A stretch of DNA of 64,000 bases from an uncultured Burkholderiales bacterium. Its GTDB lineage: Bacteria; Pseudomonadota; Gammaproteobacteria; Burkholderiales; JAEUOS01. A model generated the notes under the pieces. It was not told the DNA's origin. It saw only the letters and a program-made list of their open reading frames with translations, and ran no database searches. Location: positions 10,858 through 74,857 of the forward strand of contig CAYYFR010000005.1 of the NCBI GenBank assembly GCA_964470865.1, read 5' to 3'. A program made the translations under genes and the position numbers. Below are positions 56,838 to 64,000 of the stretch, one piece after another (position 1 is the stretch's first letter; each line of letters opens with the position of its first letter).

Positions 56838-57905
56838 CTACAGCGCTTTCAACACCGCGTCGCCCATTTCGACGGTGCCCACCTTGGTGGTACCGGTCTC
56901 GAAAATGTCGGCGGTCCGCAAGCCTTGCGCCAGCACCTTGCGCACCGCTGCCTCGATACTCAGCGCTGCCGCCTCTTGCTCGAACGAATAGCGCAGCATC
57001 ATCGCCGCCGAAAGGATTGTCGCCAACGGATTTGCAAGGTTCTTGCCGGCGATATCCGGCGCCGAACCGTGTATCGGCTCGTACAAACCCTTGCGGGTCT
57101 CGTTGAGCGAAGCCGAGGGCTGCATGCCGATCGAACCGGTCAGCATCGATGCCTCGTCGGAAAGTATGTCGCCGAACATGTTGCCGGTGACAATCACATC
57201 GAACTGCTTGGGGTTGCGGATCAGTTGCATTGCAGCGTTGTCGACATACATGCTCGAATATTCGATATCCGGATACTCGGTGGCGACCGCAGCCGCGATC
57301 TCTTTCCAGAACTGCATGGTTTCGAGCACATTGGCCTTGTCGACCGAGCACAGGCGCCGCTTGCGCTTGCGTGCCGCCAGAAACCCGACGTGCATGATGC
57401 GCCGGATCTCACCTTCGGCGTAGCGCATGGTGTCGAAGCCTTCGCGCTGCCCCTTGAAGGGTCCATCCTCGACTACCCGGACGCCGCGCGGCTGGCCAAA
57501 ATAGATATCGCCGGTGAGTTCGCGCAGGATCAGGATATCCAGCCCCGACACGATCTCCGGCTTGAGAGTGGAAGCGTTGACAAGCTCGGGATAAACAATC
57601 GACGGGCGCAGGTTGGCAAAAAGGTTCAGGTGTTTGCGCAAACCCAATACCGCCTGCTCGGGCCGCTTGGCCCGCGGCAGGCTGTCGTATTGCCAGCCAC
57701 CCACCGCGCCGAACAGGATGGCGTCGGCCGCCTTGGCCAGAGCCAGCGTCGAATCCGGCAGCGGGTCACCGAGCTGATCGAACGCGGTGCCGCCAACCGG
57801 CGCCTCCTCGAGCGTCAGCGGCAAAGCCAGCGCCTTTAGAACCCGCACCGCCTGGGTCGTGATTTCCGTGCCGATGCCGTCACCCGGCAATACTGCGATC
57901 TTCAT
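56838..57905 (-). CDS. leuB: 3-isopropylmalate dehydrogenase
   Basis: [15 protein letters not shown] and [20 protein letters not shown]. Confidence 0.95.
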   Translation of the reverse strand: MKIAVLPGDGIGTEITTQAVRVLKALALPLTLEEAPVGGTAFDQLGDPLPDSTLALAKAADAILFGAVGGWQYDSLPRAKRPEQAVLGLRKHLNLFANLRPSIVYPELVNASTLKPEIVSGLDILILRELTGDIYFGQPRGVRVVEDGPFKGQREGFDTMRYAEGEIRRIMHVGFLAARKRKRRLCSVDKANVLETMQFWKEIAAAVATEYPDIEYSSMYVDNAAMQLIRNPKQFDVIVTGNMFGDILSDEASMLTGSIGMQPSASLNETRKGLYEPIHGSAPDIAGKNLANPLATILSAAMMLRYSFEQEAAALSIEAAVRKVLAQGLRTADIFETGTTKVGTVEMGDAVLKAL

Positions 57906-58555
57906 GCGACGATCCTGGTATTGAAATAATAGGGATGGCGCGCACGGCGCTCAGCTTCAAAGGCGCGAATCTTGTCGGCCTGCCTCAAGGTCAGGCCGAT
58001 ATCGTCAAAACCGTTGGTCAGACAGAACTTGCGGTGCGGCGTGATATCGAACCCGTAGCTCTCGCCATCCGGCGCCAGCACCACCTGGCTTGCGAGATCG
58101 ACCGTTAGCTGATATCCGACGAAACCGTTGATGCCGTCGATCAGGCGTCGCACCGTGCTCTCCGGAAGAACGAGCGGCAACAGGCCATTTTTGTAGCAGT
58201 TGTTGAAGAATATATCGGCGAACGAGGGGGCGATCACACTGCGAAAACCATATTGCTGCAGGGCCCACGGCGCGTGTTCGCGCGAAGACCCGCAGCCGAA
58301 ATTCTTGCCGGCCACCAGGATCGACGCACCGCGGTAGCGTGGATAGTTGAGCACGAAATCCGGATTCGGCACGCGAGAGGCAGGGTCCTTTCCCGGTTCG
58401 CCCACGTCCTTGTAGCGCCAGGCATCGAACAGGTTCTCGCCGAAGCCGGTGCGATGAATCGACTTGAGAAACTGCTTGGGAATGATCGCGTCGGTATCGA
58501 CGTTGTCGCGATCCATCGGGGCCGCAAGGCCTTTGTGCAAAACGAACTTGTCCAT
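57902..58555 (-). CDS. leuD: 3-isopropylmalate dehydratase small subunit
   Basis: ORF 57902-58786, trimmed to MDKFVLHKG (58555). [13 protein letters not shown] and [17 protein letters not shown]. Confidence 0.95.
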   Translation of the reverse strand: MDKFVLHKGLAAPMDRDNVDTDAIIPKQFLKSIHRTGFGENLFDAWRYKDVGEPGKDPASRVPNPDFVLNYPRYRGASILVAGKNFGCGSSREHAPWALQQYGFRSVIAPSFADIFFNNCYKNGLLPLVLPESTVRRLIDGINGFVGYQLTVDLASQVVLAPDGESYGFDITPHRKFCLTNGFDDIGLTLRQADKIRAFEAERRARHPYYFNTRIVA

Positions 58556-58602
58556 CGATGGGTTCCTTGTCGGGCACCCGCGATCCACGCGGGTGCCGTC
58601 TT

Positions 58603-60024
58603 TCAAATGAGCTTGCGAACGTCGGCGAATTTGCCCTCGATGGCAGCCGCTGCCGCCATTGCCGGGCTCACCAGGTGGGTGCGGCCACCGGCGCCCTGGC
58701 GCCCTTCGAAATTGCGGTTCGAGGTCGAGGCACAACGCTCGCCCGGCTCCAGCTTGTCGGCGTTCATCGCCAGGCACATCGAGCATCCGGGTTCACGCCA
58801 TTCAAAGCCGGCATCGATGAATACCCGATCCAGCCCCTCGGCTTCGGCCTGCGCCTTGACCAGGCCCGATCCGGGCACAACCAGCGCAAGCTTGACATTG
58901 GCGGCAACCCGCCGTCCGAGACGCTTGACCACCCACGCGGCCTGACGCATGTCCTCGATGCGCGAATTGGTGCAGGAGCCGATGAACACCTTGTCTATGC
59001 GGATGTCGGTAATCGCCATGTTCGGCTGCAAACCCATGTAGGTCAACGCACCCTCGATACTGCTGCGCCGCGCGGCATCCTTTTCGCGCTCGGGGTCCGG
59101 GACCCGGCCTTCGATGGTGGTCACCATTTCAGGCGAGGTACCCCAGGTGACATGCGGCAGGATGTCCTCACCGCGCATTTCCACGGCGGCATCGAACTTC
59201 GCGCCGGGGTCAGACTTGAGCGTTTTCCAGTATTCCACCGCGACATCCCATTGCGCGCCCTTGGGCGCGAACGGACGCCCCTTGAGGTAGGCCGCCGTCG
59301 CTTCGTCAAACGCCACCAAGCCGGCGCGCGCGCCGGCTTCGATGGCCATGTTGCACAGGGTCATGCGGCCTTCGAGCGACAACGCGCGCACCGCGCTGCC
59401 GGCAAACTCGATGGCGCAACCGGTGCCACCGGCAGTCCCGATCCTGCCGATGATCGCCAGTGCCATGTCCTTGGCCGTCACCCCTGCTGGCAGCTTGCCA
59501 TCGACCTTGACCAGCATCGACTTCATTTTCTTGGTGACCAGGCACTGGGTCGCCAGCACATGCTCGACTTCCGAGGTACCGATGCCGTGTGCCAGGCAGG
59601 CAAAGGCGCCATGGGTCGAGGTATGCGAATCGCCGCACACCACCGTCATGCCGGGCAGCGTGGCGCCCTGCTCCGGTCCGATCACGTGCACGATGCCCTG
59701 GCGTTTGTCGAGAAACGGAAAGTAGGCAAGCGCGCCGAAGGCCTTGATGTTGCGATCAAGCGTAACCACCATCTCGCGCGCGACAGTATCGGTAATGCCA
59801 TCGATGCCCAGATCCCAGCCGGTGGTGGGCGTGTTGTGATCGGCGGTACAGACGATCGAATCGGTGCGCCACACCGGACGCCCGGCGGCCCGCAGCCCGT
59901 CGAATGCCTGCGGGCTGGTGACCTCATGCACCAGATGCCGGTCGATGTACAACAGGCCGGTACCGTCTTCCTCGGAATGCACCAAGTGTGCATCCCAAAG
60001 TTTGTCGTAGAGCGTTTGCGACAT
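58603..60024 (-). CDS. leuC: 3-isopropylmalate dehydratase large subunit
   Basis: ORF 58603-60465, trimmed to [13 protein letters not shown] (60024). [40 protein letters not shown]. Confidence 0.95.
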   Translation of the reverse strand: MSQTLYDKLWDAHLVHSEEDGTGLLYIDRHLVHEVTSPQAFDGLRAAGRPVWRTDSIVCTADHNTPTTGWDLGIDGITDTVAREMVVTLDRNIKAFGALAYFPFLDKRQGIVHVIGPEQGATLPGMTVVCGDSHTSTHGAFACLAHGIGTSEVEHVLATQCLVTKKMKSMLVKVDGKLPAGVTAKDMALAIIGRIGTAGGTGCAIEFAGSAVRALSLEGRMTLCNMAIEAGARAGLVAFDEATAAYLKGRPFAPKGAQWDVAVEYWKTLKSDPGAKFDAAVEMRGEDILPHVTWGTSPEMVTTIEGRVPDPEREKDAARRSSIEGALTYMGLQPNMAITDIRIDKVFIGSCTNSRIEDMRQAAWVVKRLGRRVAANVKLALVVPGSGLVKAQAEAEGLDRVFIDAGFEWREPGCSMCLAMNADKLEPGERCASTSNRNFEGRQGAGGRTHLVSPAMAAAAAIEGKFADVRKLI

Positions 60025-60163
60025 GGGAAAGATGCCCCTTTTTGCAGCAATGGTGTGACTGGGAAGAGACTTGGAATTATGCCATACCGGGCGGCCCCAA
60101 ACTCCGTGCTGCGGCCACGTGCTGCGGCCACCACTTGCGCTTGTGGGCACCACTGCGCGCGGA

Positions 60164-61339
60164 TCAGGCTTGTGCCGCCATGCGGAACTGGCGGTTCGCC
60201 TCATCGGTGCGGCCCGCAGCGTCATGGACGCGCGCCAATGCAACGTGCACGCGCGCCGCCGGCCGCAATGCCAGCGACAGTTCGAGATACTCCTGCGCCT
60301 TGCCCCACAAGCCCTTGGCGGCGCAAATCCGCCCAAGCGTGAACAGCAGGCCCGCCTCGCCCGGGTAGCGCGCGCGCCATGCCTCGCAGCGTTCCAGGCG
60401 CGCGCTGCCACCGGCGTCGTCGCAATCCGCGTACAGGGCGCCAAGCTCGTCGTCCCAGACCACATCCAGCGCGGCCTCGATCAATTCACCGGCTTCGGCG
60501 AAAACACCTGCTGCGATCAGGGCCTGCGCGATGATTCGCGCCACCGGCACCATCAATCGCTCATCGCGCGGCACGCGCCGCAAGCGGTGGCGCAGAATTT
60601 CCTGGTCTGCAGTGGCGAACAAGCCTGCATACGCCGCTTCACGGGTCTTGTGCATCAGCGCGGGATGGATGGCCTTGTGTTCCTCCAGTTGGCGCGCGGT
60701 GCGCAGGGCCTCGTCCCAGGCGCCTGACCGCGACATCGAGGTGAGCGCAAGGCGCTGGGTTGCGATGTGGCGTGCCCCGCCGCGCTTGAGTTCTGCCAGC
60801 ACTTCCAGTGCTTCGGCATCGCGCCGCTGCTCCGACAGCAGTTCCGCACGGGTCATGAGAACGGCATGCAACAAGGACTTTCCGCCATCCCTGGTGGCCG
60901 CCCGCGAAGCGCGCTCAAGCCACTCTTCACGCAACTCCGAACGACCCAGCTGATGCGCCGCGCGCGCCGCCACCAGTGCTGCAAGAGCGGGCTCTTCACC
61001 GGTGTCATGCGCCAGTCGCGCTGCGCGTTCGGCACGTGTGTAGCGCCCTTCGTGCGTGCTGACCAGGGCGTCGAACAGCGCGTGGCGCGCTTTCTGGCGC
61101 AAGCGCGTGGCGCGAAACTCGCGCACCATGTCGGGCAAGCGCAGGGTGTAGGCTGCGGCGCGCACGAAAAAGTACAAGAGCACGAACGCGCTTATCTGCA
61201 GAATCGCAAACAGGGTCAGTGAAAGCTCGATGCGCTTGGGCGCCACGAACAGCAGCACGTAACCATCGTTGTAGCGCGCCGTAAGTGACAGGCCAACCGC
61301 GGTGGCGAACAAGGCCAGGATCCAGAACAGGCCGCGCAT
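60164..61339 (-). CDS. hemY: HemY-family protein (TPR-like, membrane-anchored)
   Basis: N-terminal TM pair ([17 protein letters not shown]...) and a TPR-like C-terminus. Position after hemX. Confidence 0.8.
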   Translation of the reverse strand: MRGLFWILALFATAVGLSLTARYNDGYVLLFVAPKRIELSLTLFAILQISAFVLLYFFVRAAAYTLRLPDMVREFRATRLRQKARHALFDALVSTHEGRYTRAERAARLAHDTGEEPALAALVAARAAHQLGRSELREEWLERASRAATRDGGKSLLHAVLMTRAELLSEQRRDAEALEVLAELKRGGARHIATQRLALTSMSRSGAWDEALRTARQLEEHKAIHPALMHKTREAAYAGLFATADQEILRHRLRRVPRDERLMVPVARIIAQALIAAGVFAEAGELIEAALDVVWDDELGALYADCDDAGGSARLERCEAWRARYPGEAGLLFTLGRICAAKGLWGKAQEYLELSLALRPAARVHVALARVHDAAGRTDEANRQFRMAAQA

Positions 61340-61340
61340 G

Positions 61341-62510
61341 CTACCTGGGCGGCGGGCGCGCCGGCGCCTTGAAGTTGCGTACCGCGTTGAGGCTGTCGGC
61401 CAGCGTCGGCAGTTCGATGCTCACCGCGCTTGCCACCAGCGCGTTCAGGCTCGACACCGCGGCGGCACCGGCGCGCGAACGCACATCGAAGTAGCGCATC
61501 AGCCATTGGTTGGCCGACGCCAGGTCTTGCCGAAACAGGGCCTCGTTGCGCTGCAACAGGGCGATGCGCGCATTCAGCAGGCGCAGCTTCAGGTTCTCAC
61601 GCAGAAAAAACGCCTGCGAGGGATTGAGCAACACCGGATCGGCGTTCTCGATGTCGCGAATCCGGACCATCTGGCGGAACTGCTCCCAGGCGTCTTCACG
61701 CAGCCGTTGCCACAGGGATGGCACTGGCGGCTCAGCGCCCTTGACACCCGGAGCTTCACGCGCGCCCGGACTGGACCTTCCCGCTTGCGGCTGCAGCTTT
61801 TCGTCGAAGATCAGCGGCAACGAATCGGCGCTGGCTATGACAGCATCGAGCTTGATGGCAATGCCGGCGGTGTCGACCTGGGGCAGCGCTTGCAGGCGCT
61901 CGATGTCCTTTTGCAGCGTGCGACGCACCGATATGAACTGTACCCGGTCGGCGCGCCCGAGACGCGCATCGGCGTTTTGCAACGCCAGCAGCGCACCGCG
62001 CACGTTGCCGGCAAGCTGCAATTGCTGGGCCGCCAGGGTCAGGGTCTGCTCGATCTCGGACAAGGCCCAGTCATCGCGGCTGCGCGACAGGTCCTGGACC
62101 ATGTTCTCGAGCGCCGCCTGGCGGCTTTGCGATTCGACCAATCGCGTTTCCAGTGCAGCCATCTTCACCAATGCGTCGCGCATCCGTTCCTGTGCCTCGC
62201 GCGCGCTCGCCTGGGTCTGGCGCGAAAGGTCTTCTTCCTGTTTCAGGCGGGTGGCCATTTCGGCGCGCAAAGCCGTGACCTGCGAACGCGAATCCCACCA
62301 GCTGACGGCGAACAGCAAGGCCAGCAAAAGCATGCCAAGGCGCGCACCGCTCCACCAGGAACGCCAGGCGGCCACTCGACCAGACGCGCGCCCGACCGCG
62401 CCGCCTGCTGTGCCGCCGTGCGCCGCCGTCGCCTTGGTGGCGCTTTCTGCCGCCGCGCTTGCGGGCGTGCCCGCGGCCTGGTCCGCTGCCGTCGCAGTGC
62501 TGTCAGTCAT
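61341..62510 (-). CDS. hemX: HemX-family protein (annotated in databases as uroporphyrinogen-III C-methyltransferase HemX)
   Basis: Low-complexity N-terminus, a single TM segment, a coiled-coil region and a HemX-like body. Position between hemD and hemY. Confidence 0.75.
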   Translation of the reverse strand: MTDSTATAADQAAGTPASAAAESATKATAAHGGTAGGAVGRASGRVAAWRSWWSGARLGMLLLALLFAVSWWDSRSQVTALRAEMATRLKQEEDLSRQTQASAREAQERMRDALVKMAALETRLVESQSRQAALENMVQDLSRSRDDWALSEIEQTLTLAAQQLQLAGNVRGALLALQNADARLGRADRVQFISVRRTLQKDIERLQALPQVDTAGIAIKLDAVIASADSLPLIFDEKLQPQAGRSSPGAREAPGVKGAEPPVPSLWQRLREDAWEQFRQMVRIRDIENADPVLLNPSQAFFLRENLKLRLLNARIALLQRNEALFRQDLASANQWLMRYFDVRSRAGAAAVSSLNALVASAVSIELPTLADSLNAVRNFKAPARPPPR

Positions 62511-63375
62511 GTGCGCGCCCGCGAAAATGCCCGATCAGCCCGTTCATGATGCCGGCGTCGCCACCCGCAGTCAGATGCACGTCGGCAAGGCCGATGGCGC
62601 GCATGCTCTCGGCGATGCGCGAGTGGGGCACGAATGTGGGCACACCTCGCAGCCAACGCAGCCCCTTGCCACCCAACAGATGCACAAGGCGTTGCCCACC
62701 TTCGGAACTTGTCACCACCAGCGCATCCGGCGCGCGCCGCGCCAATAGCGCATCGACCTCACCGGCTGCGAACCGCACGTGACTACGCCGGTAGCTGGCA
62801 ACCACCTCGACTACCGCGCCGTGCTTGACCAGCCATTCGCCAAGCTGCTGCCTGCCACTACCGGCCGTGCCATCGCCAACCTCATCGGCGCCGCGCAGGA
62901 TCAATACGCCGGGAAATTTCAAGCCGACGGCATCGATGGCCTCGATCAGGCCATCGCTGTCGAAGCGCGAGGATGGCGCAATCACGCGCACGACCCCGAG
63001 CCTGGCAAGCGCCGACGCGGTGCCGGGGCCGGGCGTCGCGGCACACCGCACCAGCACCAATCCTGGCAAGCCAAGCACCGCGCAACGCGCCGCGGCCTGT
63101 TCTGCCGCATTGGCGCTGACGAACACGACCAGATCAAAATCAGCGAGACGACGCAGGGCGGCGTCCAGCGCGGTGAATTCCGCCACCGGCTCAATGGACA
63201 GTATGGGAAAACGCCATGCCACCCCGCCGGCCGCAGCAATCGCGTCGACCAGGGCTGCAGCCTGTGCGCGCGGGCGGGTCAGCAGAACTTCGCGCCCGAG
63301 CAGCGCATTTTCGGAAGCGTCGCCGCGTGTGGCCAGGTCGCCTGCCGGCGGCGCAATCTTCGCCATTGCAATCAT
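62503..63375 (-). CDS. hemD: Uroporphyrinogen-III synthase
   Basis: Weakly conserved family. Called mainly from its position between hemC and hemX and an LLTRP-type N-terminal motif (VLLTRPRAQA). Confidence 0.7.
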   Translation of the reverse strand: MIAMAKIAPPAGDLATRGDASENALLGREVLLTRPRAQAAALVDAIAAAGGVAWRFPILSIEPVAEFTALDAALRRLADFDLVVFVSANAAEQAAARCAVLGLPGLVLVRCAATPGPGTASALARLGVVRVIAPSSRFDSDGLIEAIDAVGLKFPGVLILRGADEVGDGTAGSGRQQLGEWLVKHGAVVEVVASYRRSHVRFAAGEVDALLARRAPDALVVTSSEGGQRLVHLLGGKGLRWLRGVPTFVPHSRIAESMRAIGLADVHLTAGGDAGIMNGLIGHFRGRAHD

Positions 63376-63385
63376 CGCCTGCGCG

Positions 63386-64000
63386 TCACGCCGCCGGGTT
63401 CAGCGCGTTCAGGATGCGCTCCGCACCACGCCCCAGCAAGTCATGGGCTACCGCATGCGCCAGCGCGTCAGCATCCGCCCGCGCTGCGGTCGAATCCGCG
63501 TGGATCAATTCCGCACCGTCTGGCGAAGCCACCAGCGCGCGCAGGCGCAGGCGCTCGCCTTCGAGCTCGGCATAGGCGGCCAGCGGCACGCTGCAGCTGC
63601 CGCCGAGCACCCGGCTGATGGTACGTTCGGCGCGCACGCAGATCCCGGTGTCCGCATGGTTCAAGGGACCCAGCCAGGCTTCCAGATCGACGCGACCGGC
63701 GCGTATCTCGATGGCCAGCGCGCCCTGGCCCGCAGCGGGCAACATGTCGGTCGGCGTCAGCACGCTGCGGATCCGTTCGGCCAACCCCAGGCGTTTGAGT
63801 CCGGCGGCGGCCAGCACGATGGCAGCATACTCGCCGGAATCGAGCCTGGAGAGCCGCGTGTCGAGATTGCCACGCAGTGCCCGCACCACGAGTCGTGGAA
63901 ACATGCGCCTGATCTGCGACTCGCGGCGCAGGCTGGAGGTGCCGACGACAGCGCCCGCAGGCAGGCTTGCCAGATCGGCATATCGACTGGAGACGAAAGC
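63386..64000 (-). CDS. hemC: Hydroxymethylbilane synthase (porphobilinogen deaminase), C-terminal 204 codons; 5' end outside window
   Basis: The frame is open to the window edge. [50 protein letters not shown]. Confidence 0.9.
   Translation of the reverse strand, partial: AFVSSRYADLASLPAGAVVGTSSLRRESQIRRMFPRLVVRALRGNLDTRLSRLDSGEYAAIVLAAAGLKRLGLAERIRSVLTPTDMLPAAGQGALAIEIRAGRVDLEAWLGPLNHADTGICVRAERTISRVLGGSCSVPLAAYAELEGERLRLRALVASPDGAELIHADSTAARADADALAHAVAHDLLGRGAERILNALNPAA

Noticed and set aside
1-64000. Searched for CRISPR arrays, IS elements/transposases, integrases, prophage genes, rRNA and tRNA genes, and classical defence-system genes
   Set aside because: None was recognised. The only direct repeats are the short tandem units at 55426-55464 and 60104-60129 and the duplicated pilin genes. 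The cyclase-STAND protein sits among housekeeping genes and resembles signalling-type cyclase-ATPase proteins rather than a defence-island NLR.

Overview
High-GC chromosomal segment whose gene content and order look betaproteobacterial (Rhodocyclales/Burkholderiales-like). All calls rest on motif and synteny recognition by eye; no database search was possible. About 80% is housekeeping. Plus strand: cysI-DUF934-cobA (sulfite reduction/siroheme), a rhodanese, dsbB, a 2-hydroxyacid dehydrogenase, and fdxA plus a ~1185-aa flavin/Fe-S oxidoreductase. Minus strand, one long run: a cyclase-STAND protein, parC, a lytic transglycosylase, plsC-like, cdsA-like, a benzoylformate-decarboxylase-like TPP enzyme, parE, uup, a VOC protein, purF-cvpA-dedD-folC, a TraR/DksA zinc finger, accD-trpA-trpB-trpF-truA-fimV-asd-leuB-leuD-leuC and hemY-hemX-hemD-hemC (partial). 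Three pockets are not ordinary. (1) 1-6500: a decayed BepA-like M48 protease pseudogene abuts two TPR/GT41 (OGT-like) glycosyltransferases that lie downstream of two tandem type IVa pilin genes. Each pilin gene has its own sigma54-like promoter, upstream inverted repeat and terminator. (2) 13.8-22.4 kb, the best candidate for an undescribed system: a TetR-flanked, translationally coupled operon. It encodes a signal-less reductive-dehalogenase-family protein, two shorter paralogues of the same RdhA/QueG fold with a non-canonical cysteine pattern, two paralogous adenylate-forming (CoA) ligases and a small HTH-like protein. The divergent unit is tetR plus an orphan TRAP solute-binding protein. 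(3) 34.0-37.3 kb: a TPP decarboxylase-like gene tightly linked to a divergent CdsA paralogue and a PlsC-type acyltransferase, wedged between parE and parC. No rRNA, tRNA, CRISPR array, transposase or integrase was recognised. The many long ORFs opposite real genes are high-GC shadow ORFs.
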